Shown: positions 55,081 to 64,000 of the stretch, one piece after another
Numbering within the stretch: position 1 is the stretch's first letter
Layout: every line of letters starts with the position of its first letter
Assembly: GCF_009914755.1 (NCBI RefSeq)
Contig: NC_060925.1
DNA: 64,000 nucleotides
Direction: 5' to 3' (one strand)
DNA from: the human T2T-CHM13v2.0 reference genome, Homo sapiens
Notes under the pieces: model-generated
Databases searched by the model: none
Told to the model about the DNA's origin: nothing
What the model saw: only the letters and a program-made list of their open reading frames with translations
Made by a program: the position numbers and the translations under genes

Positions 55081-56756
55081 AAAGCAATTTAAAAAAGAAC
55101 AAAGAAACAATGAGAACCTCAGGTCTTCTCAATCATTGCATACCTCCAAAGGATTTATTTTATTTTGTACCAAAAAAAGACTGGAGGTGGGCAAGATAGG
55201 TTTCTAATCTGGGAGACATTTGAAGGTAGGGGATTCTGTTGAACATAGGATAATTAAATTAACATTTATAATACTGAATATTGATCCCCTAGCTCTCTCC
55301 CCAACATGTCTTCCAGAAATGACAGCAGCCAAGATTATAACCTCTAGGCTATTGAAAGATCATTATATGGAGAATCTACTTAGCCAAGAGAAAAAACATA
55401 AATACACTTTTTTTTAAGACAGTGGCATAACCTATAGCGAAGATTACAGTTACAAGCTTCATTTGGGGGCTCAATATTCCAAGGCAACTTTTAAATGCCC
55501 TACTTTTAAATATTAGCAGACACCCAAGGATCACCAGCCATCTGTGAACTTCCAAGTTAAAAAAAAAAGGATCAAAATATACAGAGAAAAAATAAGAAAT
55601 TTTGGAAATTGGGACTATGCATGAAAAAAGAATTTTATTGATATGCTTAGAGAAATAAGACATTTTTATGAAAAAAGAATTCAGCAAAATTTTAAAAAAT
55701 TCTATTGCAATATCCAAATATAAAGGTGAGAAAATCTCCTTCAAAGCACAGAAATATAAAATTAAAACAGAAGAAAGGAAAATTAAGTGAAAAGAATATA
55801 AGAAAATGAAAGAAAAACTAAAGGAAGTATAACATCCAGGTAACAGAAGTGCCAGAGAGAGAATAATAAAAACTGAAGAGAGAAAACTATCAACTAAATA
55901 ACTGAGACTATTTCTTACAATTGAAGGACTTGGGTTGTGAGAGTAAAAGCCCCACTCTGCGCTCAGCAAAATAGACTCAGCAAAATGGACCCATATCAAG
56001 GTACATCAACATGAAACTGTAGAACCCTGAGGGCAAAGATAAGATTTTATGACTTCCAGGGAGGGAACAAAAATGAATCACATGAAAAGTCTCAGGAGTT
56101 AGAAAGGCTTCAGGCTGTTTATGAACAACACTGGAAACTACAGACAATGAAGCATTGTCTACAAGATTTTAAGGGAAAATTATTTAAAACCTAGGGTTTG
56201 ATACTCAGCCAAATCATAAATCAGTACTATGGTAGAGATGTTCAATGTTTGTAAAATAATCTACTAGGTAATTTTATCAAGAAACTACCCTAAATGAGCT
56301 TCATTAAAATAAGGTTATGTACCAACAAAGATGGAAGCATGGAATATAGAAAATATAGAAAAAGTAAAGAGCATCTTTCGGGTCATGGCAACATGAAAAT
56401 TCCACAAAGATAGATGTATAGCAGGCATAAAGGAAAATCAGTCCAGAATGGGGCAGGTTAGAAGTCCTCAGAAGAGATGTCTTCAAAAGATATATTTTAT
56501 CAATTAAATGTTGCATTTTAAAACGAGATTTTGACAATCGGTGAAAAGCTTAGATTTGACTTAGTGTTAAGTACATGATAAAAAAAAAGTATGCAAAAAT
56601 CAGGTAATTTTTAACTCCAGAGGGTGAAGAATTTGATTAAGAAAGGAGAAATAGTTTTAGTATGCAAAATAGCTTAGAATAGCATTTACATACACATAAT
56701 TGTGTAAACATGGATGTAATAAAACTTATAACTATATTGATAACATGGGGAAGATT

Positions 56757-56757
56757 G

Positions 56758-56798
<41 letters not shown>

Positions 56799-56842
56799 GA
56801 GAGAAAAAGAGAAAGAGAGATGCAGAGAGAAAAAGAAAAGAG
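56757..56842. repeat. Compound (GT)n-(GA)n microsatellite
   Basis: GT run followed by a degenerate GA run. Confidence 0.92.
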
Positions 56843-57193
56843 GTATACATTTGTGGTAAGAGCTGAGTGTATGAGAGTAAAACAGTGCTAAACCTCATTT
56901 CTTTATAGGAGAAAATAAGTAGAGAATACCTAAGAATTGAACAAAAAGTCAAGACATAACAATATAATTCTGATATTTGAAGTATGGAGGTAAATGCCAA
57001 AAAAAATCAGCTAAAAAGTTGAAAATAGTTGCCTCTATAGACAGGCAAATTAGAGAGAGAGGGCACAATGAATTCTCTATTTTGTTATAAGAAAAAACTA
57101 CTTGACTCTTCTAGCTTTGCATGTGCATATATAAGGATAAAGATTAAAACAAAACCACATTAAAAATATAAAAAATAAAAGCTATTATCCTAG

Positions 57194-57560
57194 TGTGATG
57201 GTTAATACTGAGTGTCAACTTGATTGGATTGAAGGATGCAATGTATTGATCCTGGGTGTGTCTGTAAGGGTATTTCCAAAAGAGATTAACATTTGAGTCA
57301 GTGGGCTGGGAAAGGCAGACCCACCGTTAATCTGGGTGGGCACCATCTACTCAGCTGCCAGTGCAGCTAGAATATAAAGCAGGCAGAAAAACAAGCCTAC
57401 ATCTTTCTCCCATGCTGGATGTTTCCTGCCTTCAAACATCAGACTCCCAGTTCTTCAGTTTTGGGACTCAGACTGGCTGTCCTTGCTTCTCAGCTCCTCC
57501 TATATATATATAATAGGAGATATATTAGTTCTGTCCCTCCAGAGAACCCTGACTAATACA
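57194..57560 (+). mobile_element. MLT2A (HERV-L) solo LTR with internal deletions
   Basis: Canonical termini tgtgatggttaatactgagtgtcaacttgattggattgaagg ... gagaaccctgactaataca. Confidence 0.93.
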
Positions 57561-58310
57561 TCTGGCTTCAGAATTCCTCAGTCATGTACATTATTATGTT
57601 ATATTATGTATTATGTCCATTATTATATTATAATGTTCTTTATCTCTAGCCACACATCATCATATAGTCATGTTTTGTCATTACAATCAACTTGTATCAT
57701 CTGATGAAAAGAAATGTATTTTTAATGTTTTGATTCTAGATCTAAATTCAAGATCAGCATTCTAGCTTTTTGTCATGTATTAATTTCTAATATCTGAACT
57801 TACTATTTTCTCTTCATTAGGATGTATAATATTTCCTATTTTTAACACTACAATTTCCTGTACTTCAGAGCTTTTCTGTCTTCTCTTGACCAACTTATCA
57901 CTCTAAACTACATATTCAGCCACTCACTGTAACTTCTCTAACAGCTAAGGATCCCTTAATTGCTTGAATGTTCTCTATTGTAAATCTCTAATTTCTTCAT
58001 AGCTACATCCTTGCCAGGTTCCAAAAGGTCTTCAGAGAAGTCTGGACTCCTATGCTAACTTATGTTGATTGCCTACTCTATTGTATAGTCCTCAAAGTAT
58101 TCATTTTACCTGTCTTTCTAATATTCAGCTAATTTTTCCATGTGGTTTAAATTTATCAACTTTCCTCCTTTTCTTCATAAAGTATCCCTAATGTTTCATT
58201 ATTCTTTATGCAATAAAATATCACATATCTTATCTCATACATACAAAGTAGAGAAAGAAATACCTTTCTCCCTTTCTCTATTTTTAACTAGGTCAGGTCC
58301 TTTTGTACTG

Positions 58311-58927
58311 TGTAGTAGGCCGAGTTCTAATACACCATCCCCTGAAATCCCAAGATTCCTGGTCCCTGGTGTACACACATTTTCTCTCAGTTATTCAATC
58401 AAATACTAATCTCGGTATCTCTGTGAAGGGGTTTTGCTGATATAATTAAAAGTCTTAGGTTTTAATCAATTGACATTAAGATTATCCTTGTGGGCCTGAC
58501 CTCATCACATAGCTACTTTAAAAGCAGAGAGGTTCCTCCAGATAGTTGCAAAAGAGCATTTCAGAGATTCAAAGCACCATTGCTTGCTTAAAGATGGAGG
58601 AGGACACATGGCCAGAAGTGCAGTGGCCTCTTGGAAACTGGACCAGGCCCTGGCTAATAACCAACGAGGAAATGAGGACATCACCCGGAAGGAACTGAAC
58701 TCAGCCAAGAACAGGAATGGGCTTGGAGGCTGTTTGTGCCCAAGACCCTGAAGATAAGAAGTCAGTCCAGCTGAAATCTTGATTTCAGCTTTGTGATACT
58801 TTGAGCAAGGAGCCCCACCACATTATTCCAGACTTCTGACCTATAGAAAGGTGCTAATAAATGGGGAATGATTTTTTTACTTGCTACATCTGTGAGAATT
58901 TGTTCCACAGCAAAAAAAAACTAATAC
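58311..58927 (+). mobile_element. MLT1E-type MaLR solo LTR
   Basis: tgtagtaggccgagttcta...ggaactgaactcagccaagaac...gacttctgacctatagaa...cagcaaaaaaaaactaatac. Confidence 0.85.
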
Positions 58928-59966
58928 TGCAAAATTCAATTCTCTCTACTTGATTCTGAAACTTTCTCTATCAACTAGCGCTTGTTTTGTGTGTGCATGT
59001 TTAAATTCTATCCTATCCTATCCTATCCTGTCCTATCCTATCAGTCTATTATTCTGCCTCCTAATTTTAATACCAATCTTCTTGCAAAAATAAGCTACAG
59101 CTACTATCTATATTTTCTCCTTAATTCTGAAGAATACAGAGCCAATGTCCTGTGGAGCATGAATGATGTTTTAATTGACAAATCCTGTTAACTTTGTTCA
59201 CCCTTTCTGTTTCTCCACAGTGTTGATTACTGGCAGGCTTCTCTGGTCATCTTTCTCCCTCCACTTCTATCAACATGGAGTTTTGTACTCAGCAAAATAA
59301 AAATCTTTCAAAACTGAGCACCAAAACAAAACAAAACAAAAGATATTTTTATATTAAAAAACCGAGAGACTTTGTTGGTAGCAAATTAAAACTACAATAA
59401 ATGGTTAAATGAAGGAATATGGTATCAATTGGAAATGTGGATTTCCACAAAGGAATTGAGGACATTTGATATTATAAAAATGTAGGTAAGTATAAAAGAA
59501 GTTTATTTTTCTTATTTTTGAAAACATTAAGTAATAATTGACTTTTTAAATCAAAACTAGTAACAATGTATTGAGGAGTTTACAATATGGAGAAAAGGAG
59601 TAGCAAAAGACTATTGTAAGATTCCTAGAATGTATGTGAAGTAGAGTATTATTATTTGATTGTACGCTGTGATAAGTTAAAGATGTAGAGAGTAAATCTT
59701 AGAGCAATTACCAAAATATGATATAAGACAAATAAATAGTGGAGACAAAATTGAATAATAAAAAAACTATTAAATTATTTCAAATTGTTCTCTTCAAGAG
59801 ACCAAAAAAAAAAAAAAAAAAAAAAAAAAAGAGAGAGAGAGAGATGGGACAAATGGAAACCAACCAGGAAGATAAGAGATTTAAACTCAAACATTTTAAT
59901 AATTACATTAGATGCATTTACATTCAGTTGAAAGACAGATATTGTCATAGTGGATTAAAAAATCTA

Positions 59967-60352
<386 letters not shown>

Positions 60353-63300
60353 ACATCTCCTGTTGGAAATTCATTTTAATATAAACATATAGAAAGGTTA
60401 AATGGATCAAAAAAGCTATGCAATGCTAATACCAAATACAAGAAAGATGGAATTCCTATTTTAATATCCAACAAAGTAGATTTCAGAGCAAAACATACTA
60501 CCAATGGCAATCAGGCATATTACATACTGATAAAAACATCAATCCATCGAACAGATATAACTACCCTAATGTGTATGTAACTGTTAACTTAAAGACATAC
60601 AAAATAAAAACTGAAAGGAGAAATAGACAAATCCACAATTATGGTTGTAGGGCACACTCTTTTCTGAATAATTGATATAAGATGGGGGGAAAAGGCAGTA
60701 AAGTTAAATATATATACCACCATTACCAACTGGACATGAATGAAATTTGTTGAACACTCTACCCAATAACAGCAGAACACACATTCTTTGAGGTACATGT
60801 TGATCAAATACCAATATAGATCATATTCTGAACCATAAAGCAAACATCAATAAATTTAAAAGATTTGAAACTATACAAAGTATGCTCTTTGGGTATCATA
60901 TTTGGAAATTAAACAACAAATTTGTAAGTAACTTATTGGTCAAAAAAATCACAAGGGAAATCAGAAAATGTTTTGAACTGAATAAATATGAAAATACAAC
61001 CTATCACAATTCTTAGGACAAAGCTAAATTGGGGAAATGTGTAGTATTAAATGCTGAACAATTACTAGAATAACAAAAACAAAAAATGTGCTGGCGGGAA
61101 CACAGAACAACTACACTTTGCAAACTTTTTAACAGTTTCTTATAAATTAAAACTTTTACTTATCTAGATATTTCCAATCCTAAATATTTACCAAATAGAA
61201 ATAAAAATATATTTCCAGTCGAAAATATTTAAGCAAATTTTCAGAGCAACATCTTTCATAATAATCCCCAACTGAAAAAAACACACAAATTTCACTCCTA
61301 GATATTTACCAAAACAATTCCACTCTTACATATTTACCAAAGAGAAATACAACTATGCGTCTAGACAAAGATCTATAAGCAATTCTTCACAGCAACTGTA
61401 CTCATGGTAACCCCAAGTTTTGTCCGTGGGTGTGTAAATAAACAAATTTTGGCATATCCACACAAGGGAATACTAATCAGCAATGAGATATAAACCTATT
61501 AATACATGTTACAACACGGGTGGGTCTCAAAAGCATTATGCTAAGAAAAAAAAACAAAAAGCTACATGCAGTGTGCTTTCATTTATATGATCTTCTGGAA
61601 AAATCTAATTGGTAGGAAACTCTACAAACAGAAAACAGATCGGTTGTCCATAGTGAGGGTAGAACAGGGTATTTATTGGATAATACAATGTTTGGGATAA
61701 TAGAAATGTTCTGTATCTTGATTGCGGTAAACATTGGTCAAAGCTAATTGAACTGCATATTTTTTAAAAGATAAATTTTGATGCATATGAATTACATCTG
61801 AATAAACTTCACTTTTAAGATGTTCTAATATATTCAGAAAGTTTCTTTCCACTTTTATAGATTGAGTCAATTTCTGTGACCTTATCAACATAATACTCTG
61901 CTCTGTCTAAATTTCTTACTAGTATTAGAAATACAGGATCTTTTCTTTTCAACTTTTACTATAGTTTCAGGAAATGAAAATGTTCAGAAAATTGTTTCTC
62001 CTAGATTTTCTCAAGATGGGTAACAGTGCTGTTGAAAGTGTCATATGCCAGCATTATTACTGTTATTGGACAAGGCGTCATATAAAACCTATGCTTTTGT
62101 CTTTCGATTTCTACTTTCCAACATGGTATTTTTGTGACATCAGACATCTGTAGGGTTTACTGGCACCTCATTTTTCAATGTGATTTCAACATATGACCAT
62201 CCCATTTCAACTTCCCAATTTGGAAGAATACCATTGCATTTTATTACAAAAAAAAAAAAAAAAAGAAAAGAAAACGAGAAATTCCAGAAGAAAATGGGTT
62301 TTTTATCAGGATATTATGAGTGCTGGTAATTAATTTCCTCAGTGAAAAGGATGAGCCCTTAGGAATACAATGATAAAAGAATATTATTCATCTTCTTCCT
62401 GCAAGCTAACAAGCAAATCAGTATCATTAGTGTTTTTGAAAGATTAACTTCTCACCTAAAAACATGCTTAGGGATACTGAACATTTGGTATCACTAATTT
62501 TCTTGAGCGCATGTAATAGCCTTTTAAAAATATTTGCTAATAAAATGAAGTTCACTCCTCACTTAAATTTCAGCTTAAGCCACTCCCTCTTTTAAATATT
62601 ACACAATTCATTCAATTTTATAGTCTTAAAATTATTTCTTATTCAATTTTCTGTCACTCTTAGCTCATAACATATTCATTTAAATGTAAAAAATTAGTTC
62701 TAACTTTATTTGATTACCTTTTAGGTAGTGATATTGAGTTGAACTAATTCTACATTTTTTAATATACCTAGTGATCTAGTGCTGCCTTTTGTTTATGGAA
62801 TGTTGATCATTGTGATTTTTAAAATGATCATTATCTGGATCAGATGGCCTAAAACTAAAAGTATCCCCATTTAACCTTTCTTATTTGCCAAATCAGCAGA
62901 ACTCAAATACATTGTCTTCATATAAACCAGATTTTCATTAGTGTTTACCTGTCAAATTTCCATCTATTTTTTGATACAAGACTCTTGCTCATTTCAATTA
63001 TTTGTATGCTCAGAGGCCTCATCATTCTGTCTTTAACACCAGTCACACATTTTCCCTATTACATTGTAGAAATCTGAAAATAACCAACGCATGTTGCTGA
63101 GTTCTCAGATCAATTGCCTCCTTGTTTTGAATATTCAGTTTATGGTTAAACTGCTGCATTTCAATATCACATGCAAATAACCATTTTATCAACATTTAAA
63201 AATCCTCAGTGATTGACTCACGTCTCTTTTCATCACTTTACTGCAAGAAAGGAGTTGAGCATAAGTAACCTTCTTGCATTAACCTCAGTCACTATATCAT

Positions 63301-64000
63301 GAAGACTTAAACAGAACTGAAATCTGCAATACAGGAAATAGATGATTAATTAAAGATAATTTCTGTCATTAATTAAGCCATTCTTTACATAGTGGCAGAA
63401 AACATGGTATTTTCCTGCCTCTTCATAACATTCATTATTTTCTGTTCTCTAGAATTTTTAGCTTTGAACTCTTCTTGTGCAAGTACAGGTGTGTGGATGA
63501 TAAATGTAGAGTGATTCTGAACTTACCAATACAACTAGTCTAGGCGTCATCTTACTCCTCAGGATTAGAACTACTTGAAATCTGAGAAACACGTACAGCG
63601 TCCGTGGCTGGTTCATTTTGATTGCAGCCGAATTTTTCCCTCCTGCCCCTTCATCATTCTCACTCTAAGTGTGTGGTAGTCTCTGATGTCACTGAGATTT
63701 TGTCTTCTGAACACCAAATCAAGCCTTTGCACACTTTTCCATACTCTCAGATTGATTTTAAAACAAATATATGAAAAGGAAGTGAACCCAAGGCATCCAA
63801 AGTATTGGTGGTTTTCATTTCTTCCAACTACTATATTGTATTTCTTTTCCTTTTTTTTTTCACATAGTTACTTTGAGCTTGTACTTAGTGGACATTTTTC
63901 TAGACATCTCCTGGAAAAAGTTATTTGTTCATTATTTTAACATGTATAGATTCTCAATTCATTGCACTTTTCAAAATGAAGCTATACATTTGCTGTGAAT

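Larger units (their letters stand above)
54075..57170 (+). mobile_element. Ancient L1M/HAL1-type 5'/ORF1 region
   Basis: A-rich ORF1-like sequence (aggtacatcaacatgaaact, caacactggaaactacagacaatgaagcattgtctacaagattttaaggg); the minus-strand Phe/Leu-rich ORF 55376..55999 is its antisense shadow. Confidence 0.65.

Noticed and set aside
55376-55999. 207-aa hydrophobic ORF resembling a membrane protein
   Set aside because: It is the antisense of A-rich old L1 sequence; the Phe/Leu/Ile richness is a compositional artefact.

Overview
This reads as human (primate) genomic DNA: AT-rich, CpG-poor and dominated by transposable-element fossils, as in a gene desert or the intron of a large gene. I cannot name the locus. 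I found no supportable host protein-coding gene, RNA gene or CpG island. All ORFs over 200 aa lie inside retroelements. Main content: (1) a young, L1HS-like, 5'-truncated and 5'-inverted (twin-primed) LINE-1 at 6070-8290 with a perfect 14-bp target-site duplication (TSD); (2) a decayed ERV-L pro/pol fragment next to an MST LTR piece; (3) a complete THE1A-type MaLR provirus (13282-15565, minus strand) inserted into an L3/CR1 fossil, with about 190 codons of its internal ORF still open; (4) a full-length old L1PA15-17-type LINE-1 (28383-34650); (5) several Alus, including a young AluY (Yc1-like); (6) MLT2A, MLT1, old L1M, L2 and MIR fragments plus microsatellites. I do not see a new biological system. 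The best second-look items are mutational and retrotransposition footprints: the L1 inversion junction, a templated snap-back insertion at 1360-1424 and an arm-to-arm conversion inside an Alu. There are also a few weak candidate exons or structures. Subfamily calls are by eye from remembered consensus sequences and need RepeatMasker/Dfam confirmation. Boundaries of old repeats are approximate.
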